Source of the DNA: Fidelibacterota bacterium
GTDB taxonomy: Bacteria; Fidelibacterota; Marinisomatia; Marinisomatales; Marinisomataceae
Reading direction: 5' to 3'
Assembly: GCA_045560315.1 (NCBI GenBank)
Contig: JBJKZN010000032.1
Coordinates: 1 to 59,020 of the forward strand
DNA: 59,020 nucleotides
Positions 10,005 through 20,202 of this stretch are shown in pieces. A program made the translations under genes and the position numbers. Each line of letters starts with the position of its first letter. Position 1 is the first letter of the stretch. Under the pieces are notes generated by a model, which did not search any database, had not been told where the DNA came from, and worked only from the letters and a program-made list of their open reading frames with translations.

Positions 10005-10532
10005 CTAATTGAATTTATCTTCAATAATCTGAAACCTAAAGGTAAAGATTTTTTTCAATTGAGGTAGAATAAATAAAGCATGTACAATACTTCTAAATGC
10101 TTCTAAAGGGAGCACATAATTGATTTCATCTATAATATTTATTCCACCTTCTACAGATTCAAATGAATGTTTATGATGCCAATAACTATAAGGACCTTTT
10201 AGTTGTTCATCTACAAAAGATTCATTTTTTTTATAGCTTGTAATTATGGTTCTCCACCTTGTTGGTATTCCAACAATCTTGACCGTATAATCAATAATAG
10301 ATCCTTCTTTCATTTCTATGGGTCTAGGTGTCATAATGTTAAAACTCATAGCAGGAGGAGTAATTTTCTCTAGATTCTCTGGTCTAGAGAAAAATTCAAA
10401 AACAGTCTCCATATCACTTTTAACAAATTGTTCTTGCTTGAAAGTATAAATTTTAGGTTTTCTGAAAAATGATAGAATAAATACCAAAAACAGTATCAGT
10501 GTTATTAGCAGTATGATTTGTATTAAGTCCAT
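10005..10532 (-). CDS. SRPBCC/START-family protein with N-terminal membrane anchor
   Basis: VFEFFSRPENLEKITPP and FVDEQLKGPYSYWHHKHSF motifs. Confidence 0.85.
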   Translation of the reverse strand: MDLIQIILLITLILFLVFILSFFRKPKIYTFKQEQFVKSDMETVFEFFSRPENLEKITPPAMSFNIMTPRPIEMKEGSIIDYTVKIVGIPTRWRTIITSYKKNESFVDEQLKGPYSYWHHKHSFESVEGGINIIDEINYVLPLEAFRSIVHALFILPQLKKIFTFRFQIIEDKFN

Positions 10533-10556
10533 TTAATTTTTCCCCAAAATAAAAAG

Positions 10557-10629
<73 letters not shown>

Positions 10630-10699
10630 TTAAAAAAGCGTAAAAAAGTACACATTATAAGTTATTTAAAAAACACATAAATATTTATTAGTTTCAGAA

Positions 10700-11296
10700 A
10701 TGAAAAATATTATTATTTCTTCTTCGAATAAACACAAAATATCTGAAATTATTACTACAATCCAACCTTTCTTTGATAAGATTTATTCATTAAGCGATTT
10801 TCCTGATATAAAAGATATAAAAGAAGACGGAACTTCTATCATAGAAAATTCGTTTATCAAATCAAGGGTAGCGTTTAATCATACTAAGATTCCATCTATG
10901 GCAGATGATACAATATTAGAAGTAGACCATTTAATGGGAGATCCTGGTATTTATACTGCCAGATATGCAGGAGAAAATGCTACCTATGAAGACAATATGA
11001 ATAAATTGATAAAAAATATGGAAGGTGTACCTTTTGCAGAAAGAACAGCTAGGTTTAAAACAGTGGTTACTTATGTAGATGGAGTAAATGATTTTTTTGT
11101 ACAAGGGTGTTTAGAAGGTAAAATATTAGAAGAGAAGCAAGGAGATTTAGGATTTGGTTATGATCCAATCTTTTATGCATCAGAAAAAAATATATCTTTA
11201 GGAAATATGAGCTTAGAAGAAAAAAATAAAATCAGTCATCGTGCAATTGCAATTCAAAAATTTGCACATAAAATAAAAGAATTAATGAATGCGTAA
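10700..11296 (+). CDS. rdgB: Non-canonical purine NTP pyrophosphatase (RdgB/HAM1)
   Basis: SSNKHK, ADDT, PGIYTARYAG, GFGYDPIF, KNKISHRA motifs. Confidence 0.95.
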   Translation: MKNIIISSSNKHKISEIITTIQPFFDKIYSLSDFPDIKDIKEDGTSIIENSFIKSRVAFNHTKIPSMADDTILEVDHLMGDPGIYTARYAGENATYEDNMNKLIKNMEGVPFAERTARFKTVVTYVDGVNDFFVQGCLEGKILEEKQGDLGFGYDPIFYASEKNISLGNMSLEEKNKISHRAIAIQKFAHKIKELMNA

Positions 11297-14200
11297 AATT
11301 TATCTATCTACTATTTTTTTATTTCTATCTCAAGTCATGGGTGTTGAAAATCTATATGACAAAAGCATTGTTACTAATCCTTTTTTCAAGAAACAAACAG
11401 CCAACTTTTGTTTGAGTGATTTATCTAATTATCCAATAGGAATTTTTAACACCACCCAATCTTTAAAAAAGTATAATGTTAGCTTAGATGTTGATTCTAA
11501 TTTGATTGAAATTAGTGAATCCATTTTCAACCGCAATAATGTTATCCCATATATTTCTTCATTAGATAATTATTTAAAAGATTTATATGCAATTAATCAA
11601 CAATATAATTTTCAAGAACCTTTTAGCTTATCTGCTTCAGATACTACAATTGCTAGCAATAAGGGAAGATATCTAGAAGTTGCTGATTTTGATTTAGGAG
11701 CATTAGGAAGAGCGTCGCTACGAGTACAAGGTAATATTAATCTATCTGGTAAATTAGTCAATCAAGACCAAGAGCTAGTAAGATCTTCTTATAAGGAGCA
11801 GGAAAAAACCAATTTTAAATTTGATCAAAAACAACAATTAAATGTTCAGGGTAAGGTTGGTGAAAGAATCACCATATCTTTAGATCAAAATTCTGAAAGA
11901 GACTTTGACTGGGAAAATACTATTCGTATTGATTATGCTGGAGATGAAGATGATATTTTACAAAGACTTGAAGTTGGAAATATCTCGCTTGCATTGCCTT
12001 CTACTGAGTTTGTCACATTTTCAGGACAAAATAAAGGGCTCTTTGGTATTAAAGCTCTTTCACAGTTAGGTCCATTGAATATTACGAGTATAGCATCACT
12101 GGAGAGAACCAAGAAGCAATCTGAAAAATACAAAGGTACTTCTGAAGTGAGAGAAAACCTGATACAAGATTATGAGTATAGAAAAAATCTATATTTCTTT
12201 ATACATGAATGGTTTAGAAATGGTTCTTCTGATATTATACCAGATAACGGATTCCAAGTAAATGTACCCTCTTATTATCCTTTAAATAACGGATTACATA
12301 GTATTGGTAATCTAGTAGTAAGAAATTTTGAGCTTTATAAAATTGATGCATCTAACAATCCACAAGCAGATCCAGGAACAGCATATATCGATCCTAACGA
12401 TACCACCCTTTATAATGATAGTAGCAAAGAAGGAGCATTTATTAAGCTAGAACGTGGTTCCGACTATGCGATTAATGAAGATTTAGGATTTATAAGAATG
12501 CAAAATACTCTTCAAAATGAAATTATAGGTACACATTTTGAATTGGCAGATAGAATAACAGGAGAAATTGTTTTAAAGGTTGGAGCAAATATTGGCGATG
12601 ATGACAATACCACCTTAGTCTTGAAAATGCTAAAAGCACAGTCGTCACACCCTAATCATCCAACATGGGATCTTATGTTTAAGAATGTATATTCTCTTGG
12701 AGCAACTAATATTGACCAAACTAGTTTAGAAGTTAGGATTCTAGATAATTTTTCTACACCTGTGAGCGATAGAACAAGCAGTGGTGCCACATTCTTAAAT
12801 TTATTTGGATTAGATAATCTTAATCAAGCTGGTGCATCTTCACCAGATGAAATTATTGATTTTAATAACCCTAATATTGTGAATTTGAAAGCAGGAGAAG
12901 TCCATTTACCTGCACTACTACCTTTTGTTTCAAGTGATAATTTTGACGGAGGAAATGATAATTCGACATTAAACTCTTTACTTCAACAGGGTAAAATGTA
13001 TACGAGCACTAATCGTACGGAATATACAGGAGATTCTCGTTTTACCGTTGCAGCAAATTATACCAATCCAAAGTCTATTATTAATCTAGGATTTACATTA
13101 GTAGAAGGGAGTGAAGAGATTTACTCTAATGGAGAAAAACTTGAAAGAGGTCAAGATTATCAGATTGATTATTTTTCTGGAATGATAATGCTTACTGGGA
13201 ATATTGATCCAAATAGTGATTTAGAAATTGTATATGATAAGCATGACCTAGTTACGTTCGATAGAAAAATTATGGTTGGTTCTCGTGCACAAATTGATTT
13301 TGATAAAAATTCATTCTTAGGAATGACAGCTCTTTATTATAATCAGGATATTGTTAATAAAAAAGTAGAAGTAGGCTTTGAACCAATCCGAAATTTTATT
13401 TTGGATATTAATGGTCGTTATGAGAAGGATTTAGAAAATTTATCTGCATCTCTAAATAATCTTGATATGTTTAATGCTGAAAAGTTATCTAGGTTTACTT
13501 TAGAAGGAGAAATTGCACAAGTATTGCCTAATCCAAATGCGATATCTAACTCTGCTACTGGAGACAGTGATGGAGTAGCTTATATCGACGACTTTGAGGG
13601 CTCAAAACGTGTTACAAATCCATCAATATTGAGAAGATTTTGGAATATTTCTTCCGCTCCATTAAATCTGAACACCAATCAATCTTTTGATCAAAGAAAT
13701 CGAGCGAGAATGTATTGGTACAATCCTTATTCCCAAGTATTAACAAATAATATTTGGCCGAATATTTCTACATCGCAAAGAGCACAAAATCTTACTACAG
13801 ATATTTTAGTTTTAGATTTTGAACCAAAAGAATATCAAGAAACTGTAGATCCTGATTCTATATGGGCTGGTGTGATTACTCCAATGTTTATATCTGATTA
13901 TGATCAAACTAGAAGCAGATTTTTTGAAATTTGGTTACGTGGAGATGAAGGTAATCTGACAGTGGATTTAGGTAAAATTAGTGAAGACTATAATGATAAT
14001 GGAGCGCTGAATAATGAAGATGTTCCAGATGCAGGATTGGCCCTTGGTAATGGATTCTTAGAAGATAGCGAAGATACAGGGCTCGATGGTTGTTTTGATA
14101 GTTTTGAAGATGGTTGGGGAGATTGTTTGAATCAAGAAGATGGATTAACCTATCAAGATTACTTATCTAGCGGAGAAATATCAATTATCAACGCTTCATC

Positions 14201-17200
14201 TGACGTAAATGCTAATGATCCAAATGGTGATAATTGGGATTATGTTGAAGGTAGTTCAGACTATACAAAGGTTAATGGTACAGAAGGAAATGGTACTGGT
14301 GACAGAATTCAGGCTGGAGGTAAATACCCTGACAGTGAAGACTTGGATCAATCAGGTTTCTTAGATAGGACAAATGATTATTTTACAAAAACTATTTCTT
14401 TAGATGACAGTACCTATGTTGCTGGTTCTACTGTAGTAAATGGTACTGAAACAGGTTGGAAATTAATAAGAATACCTTTAAGCCATTTTGCTAAAGTGCA
14501 GGATATTACGCTTAGCGAAATTAAGTATGTAAGGCTTGTAGTATCTGGAATTGACAAACCTTCACAACTAGAGATTGCAAAAATTGAACTTGTAGGAAAT
14601 GCATGGGAAGAGATGGGCACATCTCTTGTAGACCAAGATGACTATGCAGTACAAGATAGTACATTTTTAGTGACAGTAGTGAATGATGAAGATAATCCCG
14701 ATTATATACCTCCTAAAGGTGTTTTTGGTGAGTATGATCAAATCAATAAGATACGATCCAAAGAGCAGTCTTTAGTTCTCAAGTTTGATAATTTAAATCC
14801 AGACTTTAAAGGAGCAGCAAAGAAAATTTTATCTTCTATGACCTCTCAAAAAGGACAAAGCTTTTTGATGTATGATCAAATGAAAATGTTTGTTTATGGT
14901 GATAGTGAAAATGCATCAGATAGTAATACTGATTTACAATTTTTTATCAAATTTGGTACTGGAGATGAATATTATAAACTCACGAAACCAGTGTATGATG
15001 GTTGGGATGAAGATGAACAAAGGAATGCTGTAGACCTTGACCTAAATTGGTTGACCAGTTTAAAGAATATAGATGAAGAGTCTATTGAGAAGATTAATGC
15101 CAACGATACCTTCACTGATTCATTAGAATATAAAAGATACCAATTTATTGACGATAATAATCAAGAGTATAAAAAAATTGAGATTGTAGGTCGACCTTCA
15201 TTATCAAGATTGCAATATTTTATTGTGGGAGTGGAAAACAACACTAATCATCCAATTACAGGTGAGATTTGGTTAGATGAGCTTCGTTTGAGTGGAGTAA
15301 AGAAGGAAGATGGAACAGCAGTAAGATTAAAATCTGAATTCAATTTATCTGACTTTAATAAGAGCTCTATATCTTATAGTAAAAAAGATGCAGATTTCCA
15401 CATTCTTCAAGAAAGGGTAGGAACAAACACCACAACTGAAAATCTTATTTTTACAAATAATATGCAAATGGGCAGTTTATTTCCTCAAAGATTTGGTATT
15501 TCTTTTCCAGTTAATATGACTTATAACATGCAAAATAATGCACCAAAATTTTTCCCAGGAACTGATATTAGAACTAATGGAGCAACACCAGACTCTATAC
15601 TCGTAAAGTCATCTACAATTTCTTTGAACGGGAAGATATCAAAGCAAATTAAATCAGAAAATCCTTTCGTTAAATATACAATTGACAATCTTAGTGCATC
15701 ATTCAATATGTCTAGTCAAAATAGATCTGATGAGATTATGGAATCAGTAGATACCCAGAGATTAAATACAAATGTTGATTATAATCTCAGATTTCCTAGT
15801 GATAACTATATTGAAGCATTTAAATGGATGTCAAAGGTGCCAATTGTTGGAGAAAAGATTAGTAAAACTAAGTTTTTTTATACCCCAACATCATTTGCTA
15901 CAGGAATAAGAATTAATCGGAATTTAACAGAAAAGCAATCAAGGTCTAATCAAGAGTTGATTGATGATTTTAATTTAGGCTTAGATAGAAAGTTTAGTAT
16001 TAATTATAAGGTATTTGATAATACGCAGTTTACATACAATAAAAACATTAAAAGTGATATGTCTGAATATAGGGAAGAAGTATTAGATAATTTAAAAATA
16101 GGAAGGGTTGTAAATAGCACAGAATCTTTTGGATCTACATTCAATCCTCAATGGTTGAGTTGGTTTAAACCAAATTTTACTTACAACACAAATTATTCAT
16201 GGAACAAACCTTTATCTAGCGTGATTAATGGAGCAAATATATCTGCTGTTAAGAATACAGGTATTAATTTTGCATTATCAGGGACAGAGATTATTGAGAC
16301 ATTTTATACTCCAGCTTCTAAAAGAAAAGCGCCAACTCCAACAACAACTAGATCAAGATCTGCGCCGGCAGGCCTTTCAAGAGATAGTGATGTTGAAGCT
16401 GAAGATAAAGATAGCAATAAAGATATCGAATTGGATAAATCTGAGCAGAAAAAGAAAAATAGAAAAATAGAAAATAGTCTTGTTATGGAACGAATTTATC
16501 AAATGTCAAAAAAAATAGAACCTTTAAGTTTTTCTATCACTAACAATACAAATAGAACGGGTAATGGTGTTATGGGCGATATTCCTTTGAGTTATAGATT
16601 TGGACTAAGCAGTGATCATGAATTAGAAAATGCACCAGAAGTAGGTCTTAATACAGGAGCAGAAGATATCAAAAAATCATTATCAATTAGAACAGGAGTA
16701 CGTTTTAACCCGAGTACGTCTTTAAATATATCTTTTTCTGAAAGTATTTCATCCAATATTAATGGTTATAATATTGATACAAGATCTATCAGCAGAGATT
16801 ACCTAGCATATGGTAACAAGTTATCAAAGGGTATCCCCTTTTCTAATTGGTCTTTACGTGTAGGAGGTTTAGAAAAGATTAAGTTCATATCTCCTTATGT
16901 TAATTCTCTTTCTTTAGAACATTCGTTTAGTGGAAAAGAGAATTTATCTTGGAAATTTAATGATGACAGTATTGGTGCAATTGATCTATTTAGTATCTCA
17001 TCATTTGCAAATGATAATGATGAAAATAGACAGTTTTCACGCACTTCTCGTAGCTTTACACCGCTCTTAGGTATTACCACTTCTTTCAAAAATGGTATAT
17101 CAACAAATGTCAGAACTAACATTACTCATACTTTAGATGAGGTTGCAAATGGTCTAACTTATATTTCTGATAATAGTATATTAGCTAGTATCACCTATAA

Positions 17201-17507
17201 TTTTTCTAAAGGTATTAGATTCTCATTGCCATTTACAGAAAGGAATGTATACTTAAAAAATAATATGAATATCACTTTAAATTTTGATGTTAGTCAGAAA
17301 AAAGAAGAAGGGTCAAAAGATAAGATTAATTTTGCTGAACAAAACTTTACCAATACAATGAAGAGCGTATTACGCGTGACTTACTCATTAACAGATGATG
17401 TCTCTGGTAGCTTATTTTATGAATATCGTGAAAATGATACTAGATTAACAGGGCGTAGAATTGATCGTGATTTTGGAGTGAACCTTAATGTGGCAATTAG
17501 AGGATAA
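11289..17507 (+). CDS. sprA: SprA/Sov-like large outer membrane protein (type IX secretion translocon homolog)
   Basis: 2072 aa with signal peptide; QGKVGE...DWENTIRIDYAGDEDDILQRLEVGNISL, GLFGIK, YIDDFEGS, DLGKISED, EDTGLDG, GEIWLDELRL motifs; beta-strand-rich C-terminal half. Confidence 0.88.
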   Translation: MRKIYLSTIFLFLSQVMGVENLYDKSIVTNPFFKKQTANFCLSDLSNYPIGIFNTTQSLKKYNVSLDVDSNLIEISESIFNRNNVIPYISSLDNYLKDLYAINQQYNFQEPFSLSASDTTIASNKGRYLEVADFDLGALGRASLRVQGNINLSGKLVNQDQELVRSSYKEQEKTNFKFDQKQQLNVQGKVGERITISLDQNSERDFDWENTIRIDYAGDEDDILQRLEVGNISLALPSTEFVTFSGQNKGLFGIKALSQLGPLNITSIASLERTKKQSEKYKGTSEVRENLIQDYEYRKNLYFFIHEWFRNGSSDIIPDNGFQVNVPSYYPLNNGLHSIGNLVVRNFELYKIDASNNPQADPGTAYIDPNDTTLYNDSSKEGAFIKLERGSDYAINEDLGFIRMQNTLQNEIIGTHFELADRITGEIVLKVGANIGDDDNTTLVLKMLKAQSSHPNHPTWDLMFKNVYSLGATNIDQTSLEVRILDNFSTPVSDRTSSGATFLNLFGLDNLNQAGASSPDEIIDFNNPNIVNLKAGEVHLPALLPFVSSDNFDGGNDNSTLNSLLQQGKMYTSTNRTEYTGDSRFTVAANYTNPKSIINLGFTLVEGSEEIYSNGEKLERGQDYQIDYFSGMIMLTGNIDPNSDLEIVYDKHDLVTFDRKIMVGSRAQIDFDKNSFLGMTALYYNQDIVNKKVEVGFEPIRNFILDINGRYEKDLENLSASLNNLDMFNAEKLSRFTLEGEIAQVLPNPNAISNSATGDSDGVAYIDDFEGSKRVTNPSILRRFWNISSAPLNLNTNQSFDQRNRARMYWYNPYSQVLTNNIWPNISTSQRAQNLTTDILVLDFEPKEYQETVDPDSIWAGVITPMFISDYDQTRSRFFEIWLRGDEGNLTVDLGKISEDYNDNGALNNEDVPDAGLALGNGFLEDSEDTGLDGCFDSFEDGWGDCLNQEDGLTYQDYLSSGEISIINASSDVNANDPNGDNWDYVEGSSDYTKVNGTEGNGTGDRIQAGGKYPDSEDLDQSGFLDRTNDYFTKTISLDDSTYVAGSTVVNGTETGWKLIRIPLSHFAKVQDITLSEIKYVRLVVSGIDKPSQLEIAKIELVGNAWEEMGTSLVDQDDYAVQDSTFLVTVVNDEDNPDYIPPKGVFGEYDQINKIRSKEQSLVLKFDNLNPDFKGAAKKILSSMTSQKGQSFLMYDQMKMFVYGDSENASDSNTDLQFFIKFGTGDEYYKLTKPVYDGWDEDEQRNAVDLDLNWLTSLKNIDEESIEKINANDTFTDSLEYKRYQFIDDNNQEYKKIEIVGRPSLSRLQYFIVGVENNTNHPITGEIWLDELRLSGVKKEDGTAVRLKSEFNLSDFNKSSISYSKKDADFHILQERVGTNTTTENLIFTNNMQMGSLFPQRFGISFPVNMTYNMQNNAPKFFPGTDIRTNGATPDSILVKSSTISLNGKISKQIKSENPFVKYTIDNLSASFNMSSQNRSDEIMESVDTQRLNTNVDYNLRFPSDNYIEAFKWMSKVPIVGEKISKTKFFYTPTSFATGIRINRNLTEKQSRSNQELIDDFNLGLDRKFSINYKVFDNTQFTYNKNIKSDMSEYREEVLDNLKIGRVVNSTESFGSTFNPQWLSWFKPNFTYNTNYSWNKPLSSVINGANISAVKNTGINFALSGTEIIETFYTPASKRKAPTPTTTRSRSAPAGLSRDSDVEAEDKDSNKDIELDKSEQKKKNRKIENSLVMERIYQMSKKIEPLSFSITNNTNRTGNGVMGDIPLSYRFGLSSDHELENAPEVGLNTGAEDIKKSLSIRTGVRFNPSTSLNISFSESISSNINGYNIDTRSISRDYLAYGNKLSKGIPFSNWSLRVGGLEKIKFISPYVNSLSLEHSFSGKENLSWKFNDDSIGAIDLFSISSFANDNDENRQFSRTSRSFTPLLGITTSFKNGISTNVRTNITHTLDEVANGLTYISDNSILASITYNFSKGIRFSLPFTERNVYLKNNMNITLNFDVSQKKEEGSKDKINFAEQNFTNTMKSVLRVTYSLTDDVSGSLFYEYRENDTRLTGRRIDRDFGVNLNVAIRG

Positions 17508-17508
17508 G

Positions 17509-18435
17509 ATGAAAAAAATATTATTTTTAGTTTTATTTTTATTTAGCTGCACCACAGAAAAATCAAAACAGTCTATCAATATACCTGTTTTTGATTCTAA
17601 TCAAGCATTTACATATTTAGAACAGCAATGTGAATTTGGTCCAAGAAACCCAGGTTCTGATGGATCCATTGATTTCAGCAATTATTTAAACGATTTTTTA
17701 AGTGATTTATCAGAAAATCTTATTATCCAGGAATTTGTTTATACAGAACCCATTACAAATACAGAAAGAGATGGTAAAAATTTTATTATCCAATTCAATC
17801 AAGAAGCAAACTATCGTCTTTTAATTGGCGCACATTGGGATACAAGAGCTTTATCAGATCAAGATGAATCTCTAGAGAAACAGAGTTTGCCAGTGCTTGG
17901 AGCCAATGATGGAGCAAGCGGTACAGCAGTTCTGATGCAATTGTCTCAAATCCTTTCAGTTAACAATCCAGATATTGGTGTTGATATTGTATTTTTTGAT
18001 GCTGAAGATGGGGGTATTGTAGGACAACCAGAAACATTTGCTCTTGGATCAAGATTCTTTGCTGAAAATCTCCCTATTGAAAAACCAGATTTTGCAATTA
18101 TTGTTGACATGGTTGGAGATAAAAATCTGACTATACCTATTGAACGAATCTCATATAGCATTGCTCCAGATAAGGTAAAAGAAATATGGAGTTTAGCAGA
18201 AGATTTATCATTGCCTGCTTTTAAAAAGAAAATTGAAAATGAAATTTATGATGATCATGTTCCTTTATGGGAGATAGCACAAATACCAGCAATTGATATT
18301 ATTGATTTTCAATATCCAAATATGTTTTATAATTATTGGCATACTCAATATGACACTCCAAAGAATTGTTCACCACAAAGCTTAGGACAAGTCGGAACTT
18401 TATTAGTAAATTATATCTATGGCTCAACTCATTAA
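17509..18435 (+). CDS. M28-family lipoprotein, probable glutaminyl cyclase (Bacteroidetes type)
   Basis: Lipobox LFSC; GAHWDTR, GANDGASG, FFDAED, DMVGD, DDHVP, IDIID, YWHT; start moved to ATG 17509 directly after the sprA stop. Confidence 0.8.
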   Translation: MKKILFLVLFLFSCTTEKSKQSINIPVFDSNQAFTYLEQQCEFGPRNPGSDGSIDFSNYLNDFLSDLSENLIIQEFVYTEPITNTERDGKNFIIQFNQEANYRLLIGAHWDTRALSDQDESLEKQSLPVLGANDGASGTAVLMQLSQILSVNNPDIGVDIVFFDAEDGGIVGQPETFALGSRFFAENLPIEKPDFAIIVDMVGDKNLTIPIERISYSIAPDKVKEIWSLAEDLSLPAFKKKIENEIYDDHVPLWEIAQIPAIDIIDFQYPNMFYNYWHTQYDTPKNCSPQSLGQVGTLLVNYIYGSTH

Positions 18436-19450
18436 TAGATTATTCATTTTCTTGTTGTTAGCAGTCTTTGCTTGCGGTGGCGGTGGCGGAAGTTCTTCTC
18501 CAACTGATCCTGGCGATGGCACTGATCCTGGCGATGGCACTGATCTTTATGATTTTCCAAATGCAACTAATCTAGATCAATTAAGTCAAATAGAAATCGT
18601 TACATGGAATATTAGACAATTTCCACAACATAGCACTACAAAAAGCTATGTTAAGAGTTTGTTAGAAGCATGGAATGCTGATATATACTTATTACAGGAA
18701 ATCTCAAGTGAATCTGAACTCATTAGTATGGTCAACTCAATGAATGACTATTCTTATGTCGTTGATGAAGAGTCAGGAAACTTAGGTTTTGCTTTAGTAT
18801 ATAAAAATAACACTATCACTTTTAATTCAAAGAATGAACTTTGGGCAAATACTCCAAATAGCGATGATGGTGATTCAGACTATGAAAATAATGCACAATA
18901 CCAATTTGCTAGTCGTCCGCCAATGGAGAATTATATAACGTGGACAGATGGTACCAAATCAATGGATTTATATGTTATTGATGTTCATTATAAGTGTTGC
19001 GGAGATGATACGTATGACAGTAATGATTCTTCGGATGAGACTACCAGAAGACATCATGCTAGCCTCCTCTTAACTGATTATATAATTAACAATAGATCAA
19101 CTGACAATGTTATTATTGCAGGCGATTTTAATAATGTAGGAGATCAATCTATTACTAATCCAACCATTAGCCCTTTTACTGATACTAACATTGCTTCATC
19201 CCAAAGCTTTGCCATGGTTGATGAATCCATTTTGACTGGTCCAAGCAGTGGATATTCATGGCAGGGTTGGACAAGCTCATATGATCCAGCACATTTTGAT
19301 CATATAATAGTTAATACACCTCTATTCCAATATGAAACAACAGCAACAATGGGTGTGATTGCTACTCCAGATGAAACTGCGACTGTTCCAAGTACTGTTG
19401 CTGATAGAATCTCAGATCATCAGCCAGTATTTTTATCATTTTATCCTTAA
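18419..19450 (+). CDS. Endonuclease/exonuclease/phosphatase (DNase I-like) lipoprotein
   Basis: Lipobox VFAC, Gly/Ser linker, TWNI, LQEI, VHYKCC, AGDFN, FDHI, SDHQPV. Confidence 0.9.
   Translation: MAQLINRLFIFLLLAVFACGGGGGSSSPTDPGDGTDPGDGTDLYDFPNATNLDQLSQIEIVTWNIRQFPQHSTTKSYVKSLLEAWNADIYLLQEISSESELISMVNSMNDYSYVVDEESGNLGFALVYKNNTITFNSKNELWANTPNSDDGDSDYENNAQYQFASRPPMENYITWTDGTKSMDLYVIDVHYKCCGDDTYDSNDSSDETTRRHHASLLLTDYIINNRSTDNVIIAGDFNNVGDQSITNPTISPFTDTNIASSQSFAMVDESILTGPSSGYSWQGWTSSYDPAHFDHIIVNTPLFQYETTATMGVIATPDETATVPSTVADRISDHQPVFLSFYP
18503..18545 (+). repeat. 18-bp in-frame tandem repeat (ACTGATCCTGGCGATGGC x2.4) encoding TDPGDG linker
   Basis: Two exact copies plus ACTGATC read directly in the sequence. 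Confidence 0.95.
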
Positions 19451-19458
19451 GTAATATT

Positions 19459-20202
19459 TTGGTTAAGAATATCCAATTATTTTTTCTTTTTTTAGGAGCA
19501 AGCGCCTTATATGCGCAAGATTTTAGTAAGATTGATATTGATTTCGAGAATCTGAATTTCAAAGAAACAATTATTCCACTTCAAAAATTAAATAACACTT
19601 TTCCAAACAATATAGATGTTTTAGTGCGTTTATCTGCAGCACATCATTTCTTATCGGAAGAAGCGGATGAAAAAAAAGTAGAAAAATTGAATATGGACAA
19701 GGCGCTGGGATATATTGTTCAAGCTATGTCTATTGATTCAACTAATGCTCAAGTGCATAAATGGTATGCAGTTTCATACGGTAAAAGTGTCGAAAATCAA
19801 AATATAAGAACACAAATTGAAAGCTCTAAAATTATTGAGTTTCATTCTTTGCAAGCTATTGAACAACTTCCCAATGATCCTTTCTGTTATAACATCATGG
19901 GGCAATGGCATTATCGTCTTGCTGATATTAGTTCATTATCACGTCGATTAGCTACAATCATATTTGAAGAACCCCCTCAAGGTTCTTTTGAGATGGCAGA
20001 GTATTTTCTAAAGAAGAGCTTAGAATTAGAGCCTAATTATATTGGTACATATTACTGGCTAGGTAAGACTTATCAGAAGATTGGAAGAAAAGATGATGCA
20101 TTATCACTCTTTAGAAAAGCTATTGATTTGGATAGGCCTTATAAGAGAGAAGAATTAATGTATAACGATATGATTAAACAATTAAAAAAGGAGAAATCTT
20201 AG
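19459..20202 (+). CDS. Secreted TPR protein resembling the eukaryotic RMDN/FAM82 TPR domain
   Basis: TTG start, signal peptide ALYA|Q; VHKWYAV, IMGQWHY, RRLATIIFEEPP, WLGKTY motifs. Confidence 0.75.
   Translation: MVKNIQLFFLFLGASALYAQDFSKIDIDFENLNFKETIIPLQKLNNTFPNNIDVLVRLSAAHHFLSEEADEKKVEKLNMDKALGYIVQAMSIDSTNAQVHKWYAVSYGKSVENQNIRTQIESSKIIEFHSLQAIEQLPNDPFCYNIMGQWHYRLADISSLSRRLATIIFEEPPQGSFEMAEYFLKKSLELEPNYIGTYYWLGKTYQKIGRKDDALSLFRKAIDLDRPYKREELMYNDMIKQLKKEKS

Noticed and set aside
18503-18545. Direct repeat as CRISPR or insertion footprint
   Set aside because: No spacers, in frame, encodes a linker; no cas or transposase genes nearby
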